Shown here in pieces: positions 25,601 through 39,069 of a DNA stretch of 64,000 bases. The stretch is from Octopus bimaculoides. Its lineage: Eukaryota. A model generated the notes under the pieces. That model saw only the letters and a list, made by a program, of their open reading frames with translations. It was not told where the DNA came from and did not search any database. The position numbers were made by a program, and so were the translations under genes. Location: the NCBI RefSeq assembly GCF_001194135.2, contig NC_068983.1:107547180-107611179 (forward strand), written 5' to 3'. Positions within the stretch are counted from its first letter, which is position 1. Every line of letters begins with the position of its first letter.

Positions 25601-28600
25601 CAATATATAAGTATGCATGGTATATATGTATGTGTGCGTGTGCGTGCGTGTGTGTGTGTCACTTCAGCAATGTAACTACACATGTGCCATTGGCGATTTC
25701 TTTTTCTTTTCCTTCTTTGGACTTTTCCCTTTCTTCTTTCTGATGAAGAGCTATGCTCAAATCATCAAACTTTCTCCTTTCACTGAGCGTCAATCTAATA
25801 CATTTCTTCAGTGTGTCCACATGTTCGTTTTTATTTGTTGTTTTGAATCATTTGTTTACTTGAATTGCCTATGTATATATATATATATATATTATTTGTG
25901 TGTGTGTGTGTTAGTGTGCGTGTGTGGAGAGAGAAAGAAACACAGAGAGAGGGGGAGGAGTACTTTATCTCAAATGCATCTACAATACTCCAGTGTAAAA
26001 TGCACTTTTGTTTTGCATGTAATCAATGGCTTTTCATTATTTTCATACTTAAGAGTTTGTTTCAAGATATTTAACTATGAAATTCTTCTTCCAATAAGTT
26101 GTTAAAGGAGAAGGCGATATCAGTTCCAAATTTAAGAATTGTGTGATATGTGTAAATTCTATATTCAATAAAGATTAAAGCAAGTTAAAATGGATAAACA
26201 TGCTTGAGAAATCATTAATCTACCAGATACATTTTCGTGAATGCTTTTAGAATTGGTGCTGCAACTTTCTTAATTGCTTTGGGAAGTAAATGTAATGATT
26301 TCAAATACTGTACAACAACATGCATATTTACACTTTTCATAAGCTATCATTTCAGTATTTGAAGAAATTTATATTTAATATTGCCCTGTTTCTGCATTAC
26401 AGTTTATACTGAAAGGTTTTCTTTTTAAAAAGTTCTATTCATACACTCATAAAATTGCTGACATTTTAAATAGATTTTAGCAAAGAAGAATGCAGTTGAG
26501 TTTCTAAATAATTCAAATGTTGAATGTAAAAGAATGTCGGTGAATTTCAGACTATCATACAGATATAGAAAACAATATCTTTTATATTTTTGTTCATGCT
26601 TTTATTTAATATCAACTGATATGTTTAAGCCTTTGAGTTTGTGTGTTCCTATAGTGATAATGATATTTGCCATCATATAAAGAATGTCAAAGTTGAAATA
26701 TTCTTATCATCTCTAGGGAATGATGGCATTAAAATGTACTTATATTTTAGAAAAGCATTAACATTTAAAAAGGAAAATTAGTCAAAGAGCATCAGATGAA
26801 TATAGTAAACTCAAATTATTTATGTTTTTATTCACATACATGCTATGGAATTTTTTTAGTCATGCAACAAAAAAATATGTTAAAGTAAAAACTATATTGT
26901 CCTAATATAATTTCATAAATTAATGGGTTTGAGAGAAAAAATTCCCTTAGGAACAAACAATTGATATTAGTTGGCAGGCATATTCTGTAGTTTATGGATA
27001 TAATTGGTAAATAGAAATATCCTGTGTACAAATACCTGCAGAGAACAAATTGGTACATATCTTTATCAATAATGAAAATATTTGAAAAGAAATATGGATA
27101 GCTAGAACAAGCAACTTTAATATGCACTATTCATTTTAGTTTTAAAGATGTCTATCACTTTAACCTAAAATACACAACATGTTGACTTTTACTATAATGT
27201 TACCTTATAAAATGTAGTTAATAAGTATATTACTAAGCTATTTGCTAATGTGAAAATATTTATGACACCTGTTTTCTTAAAATTGCAAAACTGATAGAGT
27301 TTAATCTTTGTGGAAAACAAAGAAGCAGAAATGAGTCTTCTGGTTTTAGACTATTATTCAGTAGGTATATGTTGGTTTGCCTTCTATTGTTTCTCCAAGG
27401 AAACGAGTTGGAATTTGAGAAATGTGAAATATGTGAACAATTTGTTAAGTTTATCCAGGAGACTGTAATGTCCTTTAATACTTTTGAAATGCAAATGTCT
27501 ATTCATTATAGAGTAGAATAATATCATGTCTTCTGAATGTAAACCCGTATTTGAACAACAAGGTGTTTATCAACTTAATATGAGAAGACAGAATTGATAA
27601 ATTTGTGAAAATAAATAATGAGATTTGGGTAGAAGGAAGGTGAAGTATCTTGACATTAGAAAGGGAACAAATTGGCAATGCATACAACAAAGAAAACTAC
27701 AGAGAAGTAGAAATATGATACTCTTCAAAGCAATGAGTGAACATTCATAAATTAGCTGGAATACAAACTGAATAATGAAAATCATGATATTGACACAGAA
27801 ATTAAAGAGAAGATATGGAAAATCACTATGGGGAATTGTTAACTGTAAATACTAAGAGGTTAAAATTGTGCAAATAATAATTATTATTGTAGAGTCTCAT
27901 GTTTTATGTGAACTAGTTTAACTCTGAATTTGATGTGAAAATGAAGACATTGATATGCCCCTTGTTCAACATCATTCTCATGAAACCAGTGTTACAAGAG
28001 ATATTTACAGAGTTGTTCTAGGTAAATGATTTTGAGACAGAATCTAAAACTATTCGTTTGCTTGGATGGTTGATTTTCTGTTTAAAAGCTTTCAGCTCAA
28101 TATTTTCTGTTAAATCTTATGCAAATAGGTATGAAACTAAATGTATGCAGTCTGCCTCTAAATGGTTGAGTGTGGTAGTAGTCGCTCCATCTTCTATAAG
28201 CATTAGGTGTTTCACTAAAAACCATTCTTTGAATTCAGATGCAAAAATATAAATCTTCAAAGACTTAAGGAAATAAGGGAAGCCATTAAGGATGTTGGCA
28301 TCATCTGTTACCAGACTGCTTTACTGTTCAGGTTAGTGGTTTTTCTGATCCAACATAGTATGGCTTTAAGAGTTTACTTTGATTTAAAGAAATTTTATAA
28401 AATATTTCCTCTTCCTGCAATCTGGTATATCAGAGGACACATTGACTGAATTTAGTTTTCATACTGTGCTACTACTTTATGTCAGTAAAACCTGGTCCGT
28501 GGATCAGTTCTTTTAATATAACTCTTGTTATGCTGTGGATCTGCTTTCGAAATATTTTGGTTAAGAAAGACTTAAGTAGAGATAAGAGGTCACCTCATTG

Positions 28601-30102
28601 TGATGAGGAAGTTGTTAGATAAAGGTTATATGGTTTGCTTAAGACAACTGACCAAAGGATGAGCTCATTTTGAAGATGAATGGCTTTGACCCTTGGTCAC
28701 GATGGGAAGAATGCTAAACAGATAAAATAAATATCAATCCTGAACTTGGACAAGACAAAAGAATAGAGAATTAATGTACAATTTAATCTTAATGGCATTT
28801 AACCCTTCCAGTCAATGAATAATGGATGGAAAATAGTAGTTCTTTGAGTGGGTGGAGATGATGGTGGTTATGACAAAACTTTTTGTTATGTGAGAACAGC
28901 AATGACATATAGAGAATTCAAGAAAATGTATAAGCATTTAATATGAATTTTATGAAAAATTATCATAATTCCTCTCACTTAACTGTTAATAACTTTCTGT
29001 TATAGATGATGCATTATGTTCTACTTGTTCAAGGATTCTAATTGTAAATGACAGATAAACACAGCAAGAGAGAAAAGGATTATCTGAAATAAAAGATAGA
29101 TATTCAAATCTATATTTGCATTCTAAATCATAGATAGATTTTGTATAAGGCAACTGAGACTTAAAAGAAATTGCAAATTAAAATGATCTGGTGTAGCATA
29201 GTACACTACCAACAAGGTTATAAATGATTGTTGCTAATGGATGGATTGTAACTTGAAATAATGTTAAACAAAAAAAAAATTAAAGCAAACAATAACAATA
29301 AATTAATTTCAGTGAATTAGTATTCCTGCTGCAAAAACTTGAAATTGAGGACAATATGAAAATGAAAACACTTTAAACATGTAAATATGAGAAAATGGAT
29401 GTAAAAATTCTAAAGACCACAGATAATTAGCAATACATTACACATAATTATCAATCTTGTATTTTTCTACTTCACTGCATAAATTCATTTGTATGTGAGC
29501 TTTCATTGTAAAGGATTTTCTTAAACAAGAAGAGTAAATATGATACCTGTTGCTGACATTAATTTCTTCAACTTTAGTATTTGATTATTCAAGCTAGCAA
29601 GGTCTCATCCATCATGCCATGAGCTGTTGGCAGGCTGTTAACAGGTGTTTTAAGGCTGGTTAAAAACTAACAGCAAAAATGTATTATATTCTACATTATT
29701 GTTTTTATTGATCAATGTTAAAAAGTATAAATTTTTGCATCATAAAAAAAAGAAGCAAAGAATTCAAAATTAGACTGAAAATTGCTTAACCCTTTTTCTC
29801 AGTCTATATAGATTTACTACGGCCATAGAAATGCTTTCAAATTTCTAAGCTAGAATTTACAGACACAACAACGCATAGCAATTAAATTACCAACATAGAA
29901 GTTGCTCTAAGTAGACTTTAGTTTAAATGTAGACGTCAAATCAATTGAATTCATTCATGTGTTGATTCAAATTCAGCACTTTTACTGAAGATAGTACAGT
30001 GATCTTCTCTCTCTCTCTCTCTCCCTTCCTCCCTCTCCCCCCTTTCTCTATTTATCTACATAGTGTATGTACGTTGCACATGCACACAAATATATACATG
30101 TG

Positions 30103-30140
<38 letters not shown>

Positions 30141-30984
30141 GCATATACATTTATATATGCATGTATGTATATCAATATGTGGTTTCTCTTCCTAATTTGA
30201 GTTTTAAAGTTTGATTGGCCACCTGCTCACTGGCAAGGTTGTAAGTATCTGTGTATTTATGTGTGCATGTATATGTGTGTGTGTGTGCGTGTGTGTGCAT
30301 GTGGTGTGTGTTTGTATTTATTTATAAACACACATGCATGCATATATGTGTATACATTTATATATGTGTTTTCCTGTTTTTAGTTTCAAATTTTACAAAC
30401 ATTGAGAAACAGCCATTTTCATTGGAATTTAGTCCCCCATCAAGTATATCCTTTCCTTTTTAGTTTTTTTAATTTATTTGTTTATTTATTTATTTACAAT
30501 TCTTTCCAGAATGGTGGAAAAAAAACAAAAGCTCCATCATTGGTATTTCCATAGCAAAAAGATAAATGTTATATATCAAATTTTCAGAAACTTTTGCATA
30601 TTCTTCTTATTCCACTTAAAGATTGTATCCATAAAGTTCATGTTAACCAGTCTCTTTCTTTGCTTGAAAATCCTAGCTTCTTCAGATTGTGGGTTAGGCA
30701 TTTATTAATATAACCAAGTGCACTAATGACTATTAGTGTAAATATAAATTTATAATCAGGGTAGAGGAGTTACAAGTTTTAAAATAGTTGTCTTCCTTGT
30801 TGACTTTTGGAAGACATGTTGACATCTGTCAGGCAAGTAAACTCTATGAATGTACATGACTTTTCTTTTCTATTGCGAATAACTATGTCAGGTCTGTTAT
30901 GTTAGCATTTGGTAAAAGTTTCAATGGACATGTTCCACCAACATTTCTTGTGCTACAGTTTGTTTGTGTGTGTGTGTATATACA

Positions 30985-31450
30985 TATGAGGGTTAGCTGA
31001 AAAGTTCATGGGCTGACCAAGATAAACTCAAGGAATGTGAACAAATGAGGTTTATTTTTCAACATAGTGCCTCTTGCATTCCACACACTTCTTTCATTGG
31101 TGTTGCAGTGCTTGGATCCCATTGAATACAAGCATTTCATTCTGTTGGTGAACAGCAGATATGATGTCATGACTGAAATAATACTTCCCAGCCAAGTGTT
31201 TTTCCATGTTGGGGAACAGATAATAGGGCGGGTGATCAACCAGTTCAAAGCCACAATCACACACAGCAGCCATTGAAACCAAGAACTTGTGTGCTGGAGC
31301 ATTGTCCTGGTGAAACAAGCTCCCTTTCACTAGTTTTCCTGAGCATTTGGTCTTGATAGCCTTTCATATTTGTCTCAGCAAGATTGCACAGTAGTCACCA
31401 TTGATGGCGTGGCCCTTTGATGATAGTCAGTAAACACAATGATTTTATTG
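30985..31450 (-). mobile_element. Mariner relic (3' half plus terminal repeat), same family as 6470-7900
   Basis: ORF track 31094-31330 reads KGSLFHQDNAPAHKFLVSMAAVCDCGFELVDHPPY..LFPNMEKHLAGKYY. Confidence 0.85.
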
Positions 31451-31950
31451 GGCTGTTCCACCAGCATTTCTTATTTTGAAAGGTTTAAATACCTGCTGGT
31501 TCTGGCATGCCTTTGATGTATATGTCATGGCAATCCTTCCTGTGGATAGTATTATGAATAGTCTTTGCAACTATATCATGCCTCAGAGGTGAGTAGTATC
31601 TTGTAGACATTTGGGAGTAGCTGTTGATGGAATGGATGATATCTTCCACACTGGTATAACAGAGCAAATATTTTCTGCCACAAAGTGGAGGTTTGGGGCA
31701 TCTTTGTCCCTCTTGTTTATCAGGAATTTAGTACCTATCTCCTGCTGCTGGATAATGAAGGCATGTCCCTCTAGGTGGGATGTAATGTATCTATCACATG
31801 TCCAGGAGAAGTAACTCTTCCTGTCAATACTGTTGTTGCCTTCTAGCTAATGGGATATGTACCCATGCATTGCTTTTGCTGGTATGATGCCTGCTTCTCC
31901 TTCAAGCTTCTATTTAGGTAGGCCAGTCCAGCCTCTTTTGGGTTGCACGA
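31450..31950 (-). mobile_element. R4/Dong-type LINE fragment (post-RT region and zinc knuckle)
   Basis: Decayed frame SHLEGHAFIIQQQEIGTKFLINKRDK...LCYTSVEDIIHSINSYSQMSTRYYSPLRHDIVAK. Confidence 0.75.
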
Positions 31951-32389
31951 GACTGTTGTATTTTCAGAGTACCTGGTAAGGAGTTCTCCAACTTAAGATG
32001 TATGTATGTATGTATGTATGTATGTATGTATGTATGTATGTCCACGAGACTGTTGTATTTTCAGAGTACCTGGAAAGGAGTTCTCCAACTTAAGATGTAT
32101 GTATGTATGTATGCATGCCTGTATGTATGTGTGTCATTATTCAGTTTTATATCAAGATTTCTTGCCAATAGAGAAAGAGCTAGTTTTCTAACCTAGATCC
32201 AAGGCTCCTTCATTGGAATTTCAACATCAGCAACAGGGTATTTTTGTATGTATGTATGTATGTATGTATTTATTTATTTATTTATGCATGCATGNNNNNN
32301 NNNNTGTATGTATGTATGTATGTATTTATTTATTTATTTATGCATGCATGCATGTATGTATACGTGCAGATTTGTATGTTTTGTTTTAT

Positions 32390-33400
32390 GTATGTCTTCT
32401 CATGCATATAGTTGCATATATGAACGTGCTCATATAAACTTCTGGAACGTTTTGCAGATTTTTGCAGTTCCAGTGATGGCTTGGATCTATAGCCTTCGAA
32501 TCAATCTTCTCTTTTCTGGTTTTGAGAAAGCTAATTTCTCAAGAATGGTAGTTAGGCAGTGTGTTACAGATCTCAGTGTCCTAATAATTACTGGTATAAA
32601 TCTAAACTTGTAATCTGGATTAAGTAAGTGTAGATTTTTCAATAGTTCATTGTAAGTATTCTCTTTTGAACTGATCTTCAGCATCTGCTGGGCAGCTGAC
32701 TTCCACAACTATACACAGTTTCTCTTCTCTGTTCTTAATCACTATCTCAGGTCTATTGTGTTTACATTTTATTGAGGTTTGCAGTGGGACATTTCATCAA
32801 TACTCCTTCTTATTATGAGTGGCTATAGCTTCCACCATACTGTGAGTTCTTATTTCTTTGTGTTTGGGCTTACTCTTTTGGCGGATCTCATTATACAATG
32901 TCCTAGCTACAACATCATGTCTCACTGGTAGATAAAACTGTGATCACATTTTTGGATAATTGCTTATGAAGTGGGTGATATCTTTGGTGTTAACTCCACA
33001 AAGTCTGCATTGGTTGTCATATTTTACTGCTTTTTCTGTATTTCTGTCCCTTTTGTGCATTAGGTATTTGGTCAATATTTCCTGTTCCTGGGAATGCAAA
33101 CACATACCCCTTCAAAGTGGAAGGTAGTAATCCAGTTGTTGGTCCATGATAGACTGCTTTGATGATCAATGTTACTATCATCTCTGAGCTTTCTACTAAC
33201 CTGTCCATGCATGGTCTTCTGCTCATATACGCTTATCTTTTCAAGTGATGATATGTTGCAGTAAAGTCATGCGACTTCTTTGGGCATATATTCTAGGTTA
33301 TCAGACAAGGAATGCCGCTCAAGGAGCTGCCTTCCAAGTCTTATGATGTTATCAGCCTCATGTATGCAAACTTAGCTAAGAGATGTACTTTGATACTTCA
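32390..33400 (-). mobile_element. R4/Dong-type LINE 3' part: zinc knuckle and restriction-like endonuclease
   Basis: HFEGYVFAF/QEQEILTKYLMHKRD...CRLCGVNTKDITHFIS...RHDVVARTLYNEIR...KHNRPEIVIKNREEKLCIVVEVSCPAD (PD-(D/E)xK-like) and YKFRFIPVIIRTLRSV; 3' end abuts (CATA)n/(TAAA)n. Confidence 0.85.
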
Positions 33401-34159
33401 ACTTGTATGAATGTATGATGAATGGAAAGACATGATTGAGCTAGTGCATGCTGGTATTGACATTAAGTAATGGCTTGAGTACATGTATGTACTTAATGTG
33501 TGTGTGTGTGTGTGTGTGCATGCGTAATGGGCTAACTTCTTTACTACCAGTGCCACTAAAATCCATTCTTTGATGATGGGATGTACATCCATACTGAACA
33601 ACAATGATCATGTTAGCCGGCTTTTTTTGGTTGGTGGTGTGATGTAATGAAGGACTATAATGACTTGAAAGATGAAACCAGTTCAATGCATTCCAGTATT
33701 GACATGAAGTAATGATATGAGTACATGTGTGTACTTAATGTGTGTGTGTGAGTAAATAGAAGTTTCAAGTACTCTTACATCTGATGATACAGAATAATCA
33801 GATACGATTAGTGCTCAGGCTGGTGTTCCTGGCTAAACGCCAAGTTGAAGTGCAACTATAAATGCAAGGATGTTATGGCTGCCTAAGTGAGGATTGGCTA
33901 TAGACAGTGTTCCAATCAAGCTGGTATATGTATAATAGAATAAAGGTACAGACAGTCATACAACTGGTATCAGGATTGATTAAGGCATTTTTATATTTAT
34001 ACAATGAAAGAACTTGTGGGTAGAAATGAATGCTAATGGAGTTTAGATCACAAGAGATCAATAGACGATCAGCTGAGGAATGTTTAAAATGGTTGTGATA
34101 CGTGCTGATATTCTTTCAGAACAATTAGTCCTTATTATTGATATTAGACAGCAAAATTG

Positions 34160-34590
34160 TTAGCATGCTGGGCAAAATGCTTAGTGAAATTTTGATTGTG
34201 TTTACATTCTGAATCCAAATTCTACCAAGATTGACTTTATCTTTCATCTTTTGGGATCGATAAAATAAGTACCAGTTGAACACTAGAGTCAATGTAATTG
34301 ATTTAACCCCTCTTCTGAAATTGCTGGCCTTAAACTGACATTTGAAACCGATATTAGACAGCAGTTTTAGGGTGGTGAGCTGGCAGAAGCATTTGCATAC
34401 CAGGCAAAATGCTAAGCAGGTTTTTGTCTGTCTTTATGTTTTGAGTTCAAATTTTTCTGAGGCTGACTTTGCAGTTCATCTTTTCTGGGTCAATGAAATA
34501 AGTACCAGATGAACATTGACGTTGATGTAATTGACTTACTCCTACCCTGCAATTGCTAGCTTGGCACCAAAATGTGAGACCAATATTAGA
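34160..34590 (+). mobile_element. Two tandem old S2 SINEs
   Basis: Heads aaattgttagcatgctgggcaaaatgcttag and ggtggtgagctggcagaagc, each followed by the S2 core. Confidence 0.8.
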
Positions 34591-35589
34591 TAGTAGGTTA
34601 AGGCAGGTCATCCTAGGTAGAATCCAAAGCTAATGAAGTCAGACCAAGAAATGATATTTAATATGTGCATTTCACATAATTTCCCTATAGTTGAAAAGGA
34701 AATCATCTCTAGCACAACATTTTCCTCTGTTAAGACATTTCAAAACAGTTAAGTCATTTTGAAATGTACTAACTGAGGACAATGTTGAGTAAGAAATGAC
34801 TGCCTTTTTATCTGTTGTACAATGATCTGAGACACTCATGTTAAATGCATTCAAAATATCATTACTTGACTTCACTTTATTGTTAAACATTATACCACTC
34901 CATACCAGTACAAGGTAGCTAGCCAACCCTTACTACCTTTGCACAGATACTTTGACAATGATTTGGAGAGGTTTGTTCTACTCAATTCAAGTCAGAAAAC
35001 TCTGGTAATGTGTATTGTTCCTAAGCAAAACACATTATATATATATGTGTGTATCATATATACCTGCATATTTATATATACACACACTCACACACATATG
35101 TATTTATATAGATTTTTTTTATTGAAACTGAAGCTGTGAGTTTGTCTCGAAACTTGAATTTTATGCCACTGTGATCTTCAAGTGAAGCTATAACAACTTG
35201 CTATTTGTGGTGTATATACGTAGCTGATGGTGCATATAGGTGGTCTGGTGTTTGTGTTTGTTATTTGAATTTGTCATTAGTTGTATGTTATTTCTGTGGT
35301 ATGTTGTTTGCTTTTCTTGCAAATGTAAGTGTGTGATGGGGAGGATGTTATCAATTTGCTTATAGTAACTTGGAGGGTTGGTGATAGGCATTTCTATTTG
35401 TTTATATTTCATTTTTGTCTATTTTCTTTTCTTTGTGATTATGTGTGTGTAGAATTTTAAATGACGATAATAATAATTATATGTCTGTCAAACCATATAA
35501 ATATGAGAAAATTAGTAGTTAAATAAACTTTTAGATACTATGGGACTGTCAGTCATGCTCTGAGAATGTTAAATGTTATAGGATCTAGG

Positions 35590-35840
35590 ATTCTTTTATG
35601 CTTTACAGTCATTAGATTGTGGCATTGCTGAGACACTGCCTTGAATTTGTTTTAGTCAAATGGATTGACCCCATTACTTATTTTTAAAGCCTGGTACTTA
35701 TTCTATCAGTCTCTTTTGCTGAACTGCTAAGTTGTAGGAACATAAACATACCAACACCGATTGTCAAGCAGTGGTAGAGTGAGGCAAACACAGATACAGA
35801 GACACACAGACATAGATGTATATATGTACATACATACACA

Positions 35841-35887
<47 letters not shown>

Positions 35888-36028
35888 CGGGTTTCTTCAG
35901 TTTCCATCTACCAAATCCACTCACAGCCTGAGGCTATAGTAGAAGGCACTTGTCCAAGGTGTCACACAGTGGGAATGAACCCAGAATTATGTGGTTGGAA
36001 AGCAAGCTTCTTACCACACAGCCATGCC
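35590..36028 (-). mobile_element. S1 SINE
   Basis: Reverse complement of S1 with internal (CA)n. Confidence 0.85.
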
Positions 36029-36054
36029 TAATACTTTTTCATATTTAAACCCAT

Positions 36055-36382
36055 AATAACTCTTTCTACAATAAGCACAAGGCCTGAAACTTTTTGTTGG
36101 GGAGGGGATAGTCGATTACACTGTCTCCAGTAATTGACTGGTGCTTATTTTATTGACCCTGAAATAACGGTTTCAAATTTTAGCACAAGGCCAGTCATTT
36201 TGAGGGTGAGGGTAAGTCGATTATGTCGACCCCAGTGTGCAACTGGTACTTATTCTATAAACCCTGAAATAATGAATGGCAGAGTCGACTTCAGTAGGAT
36301 TTGAACTCAGAATGTAAAGACAGGCAAAATGTCACTAAACATTTTGTCTGGCATGCTAACAGTTCTGCCAACATGCTGCCTT
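36055..36382 (-). mobile_element. S2 SINE plus partial S2 tail
   Basis: S2 core at about 36280-36320. Confidence 0.8.
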
Positions 36383-38832
36383 AATTCAATTCCATAATAA
36401 CAATACAAAAGGATGACCAGAGAAAGAATATGTTTACGAAAGCTTAAAACTTTGAAGACCCATACCATTATAGCAAGGCTTTGGATAGATTCAAGCCATC
36501 TTTATTTAATTTCCAGCTATGAGTCACAACCGACTTATATAGCCATAAAAGGTATGGACTGACCTTTGAGAGAAGACAACTCCTATTCAAATGTTTACCA
36601 ATCATCTTTGGCTAGCATGTATCAACTAACAGTGTTATATAACAGAATTATATAAACTGGGAATTTGAACCCTATGTCAAAATCAACTTGTTCTTCACAT
36701 ATAAATTTGTCCCTTTGTTCCATACTCTCACCATCTTTTACTTGTTCTTATATAGTACTTGAAAAATAGATGTTCAACAAAGGTTAATTTAGAATTGTGT
36801 TTTGATGACAGTATCCATCTTTCCATATACCAATTTGCCAGCTCTATTTTCTTTCATATGTATAATAATGTAGGACACTTGCAACATAGCAAATTTAACA
36901 AAAATCATTCTCTGCATCTTCCATGTTGTAAATCTTCAAGTATTACCTCAGATACACAGAAATGTTCTTCTGCATTATCCAAACTAGCAGAAATACCGCC
37001 CAGAGGGCAATTTTCTGTGAGTGTATGTCACGTTTGCTTGAATATAATGGCTGTATTTATGCATATCTGTCAATATATATATAAGACCTGAAATGAAAAA
37101 TTTCTAAGTAATTTTGATTTGATAACTAGATATGGTGAAATTTTTCACAAATGCTCTCAATGTACTTAAAGAAAAACTTTGTACTTACTTAATTTTAATG
37201 AAAACAATTGAATAAAAGTGGTGGAGAGTCAGCTCAAGAGAGAGAAGTGGTGGGGGGGGGGAATGACAAAGACCACCGGATGAAAAATGATGAAAAAAGG
37301 ATGAGCATAAAAGTGAGAGAGAAAAAGTTATAAAGATATAAATTAAAAAACCTAATATGAATAAAGGTAGTAGACAAAAAATAGCTGGAAAGTGGGAGAG
37401 AGACAAAGACAGGCATCATTGTAAGGAAACAACAAAAGAAAAGGGATACAAATGTAAGATGTTAAAAAAGTGTGTTGCAGTTAATTAGCTTCCTGACTAA
37501 TAGTTTCATGATTAATAGGTTATTGAAATCATTAATAATAAAAGTTCCTTGGAAACCATATTTTCATAAAACTATATTAAAATTGGAATTTATAAGAATT
37601 TTCTAGACAGTATGGATTTTAATAATTGCTCTTTTTTTAGTAAGAGTTATGTACTCACAACTAATTAACAAGTAGCTGTCTTCATTTTAGTATAGATAGG
37701 TCTTGTATATATGTAAGGTATAAATTGTTAAATTTGAAAAAAAGTGTATGGAAATATTTATCTGATGGTCATTCTTGTCCACAAATGCAACCACTTACTT
37801 AATTGCTTAATATCAACGACATAATGATCTCAACATCATATCTCATACTTGCACAAATTTCTGTAATATAAAAGAAAATCAAACAAAGGAAAAAAATAAA
37901 CAGCCCTGTAGCTTTTACAATCTTATTAAATGAAACAAAATAATAGAATTGTAATTTACAGCTTCCATATATTAGTTTCACTGACTTGTGTCTCTGATTT
38001 TGTGTAACTTGATTTCTAGCAAGAATTTTAATGATGTAACTTGTCATCTGATTTTTATTGAAATCATTTACTGTTTTTTTTTTTCAACCTGAGAGATTAA
38101 TCATTAAAAAATTAATCATTAAACAGATTCGTTTTCTAAAGTGTTATGACAAGTCATGTGAAAGTAATGTAGCTAGCAAGTTAATTGACATATGCTTGAG
38201 ATGACTTCAAATTTGAGGCTTCTTTTTATTGTCCATTTTAGGTGATCTCATCAAAAGAGCTTTAAATGTATGCACTTATGTCAGCTGATGAAAAATGTTT
38301 TCTTCTATTTTTAGTGTTATTACTAGTAGAGTACAATTTAGTTAAAGGAAGATGAAACAAAAGGGTGATGGGGGTCAGTGAATACTTTAGAAAACAATTA
38401 TTTTCCGCTCATCTTTGTTTTTTTTAACTATGATGCGTATAGTGTTGTTTAGTACTTCCAGTGTTATGAGAAATAGATGAAGACAGTAAAAAACTAAGTA
38501 AAGACAAATTTATGGATGTAGGAACTACATATGCTATAAAATTGAACCAATTCTAGGAGAGGGAAATGCTTAATAATGAATTTAAGAATAAAAAGGAAAA
38601 TAACATGGTAGTATAGACATCATTGGTGGCTACTTAACTAAATGAAGAACTCTGTGGCTGAACATATTAATTCTGACCTTTGAACAACTCTCATAAATAT
38701 TTTATGCATACTTCACACCTATGAAGGTAAGCTTCTGACTTATTGTTTTTAAGCCCATCAAAATAACTTTATTCTGATTAGACAAAACAAGTTTGAGAGA
38801 TCTCTTCTATTTATCGCTATTTCCAAGTCTAC

Positions 38833-39069
38833 ACATTTTAAGTTTACTTCTGAGGTAGTAAATGTAGTGTCTTTCTTTGTCAATGTGAAATAAAAATCTA
38901 TTATAACACATACATCATAGTAATCATTAAAATGCACAATATTATATAAATATATTAATATAGTACAAGATACTTTACCATTCATAATGTAAATAGTATT
39001 TAACATGCAAACAATATGATATAAATATTCTTCATACCTAAGTACATTCATTACAATTTTGTGATTCCA

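Larger units (their letters stand above)
27934..37016 (+). pseudogene. Multi-exon gene relic of unidentified product; exons 27934(frame start)-28021, 28089-28128, 28239-28331, 29578-29644, 34691-34788, 34947-35004, 36517-36551, 36874-37016
   Basis: Canonical pyrimidine-rich AG and GT sites with matching phases across the first six exons and across the last two. Joined translation: CENEDIDMPLVQHHSHETSVTRDIYRVVLAFSSIFSVKSYANRCKNINLQRLKEIREAIKDVGIICYQTALLFSI*LFKLARSHPSCHELLAGC*QLKRKSSLAQHFPLLRHFKTVKSF*NVLTEDNVEYFDNDLERFVLLNSSQKTL ... YESQPTYIAIKGHLQHSKFNKNHSLHLPCCKSSSITSDTQKCSSALSKLAEIPPRGQFS. Confidence 0.6.

Noticed and set aside
27895-28021. TGA-rich frame suggesting a multi-selenocysteine protein
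   Set aside because: The TGAs are the shifted reading of GAA/GAT codons of the neighbouring open frame (CENEDIDMP...); no SECIS was recognised.
34672-34926. 84-aa minus-strand ORF
   Set aside because: It is antisense to the better-supported + strand exon 34691-34788 and has no recognisable motif.
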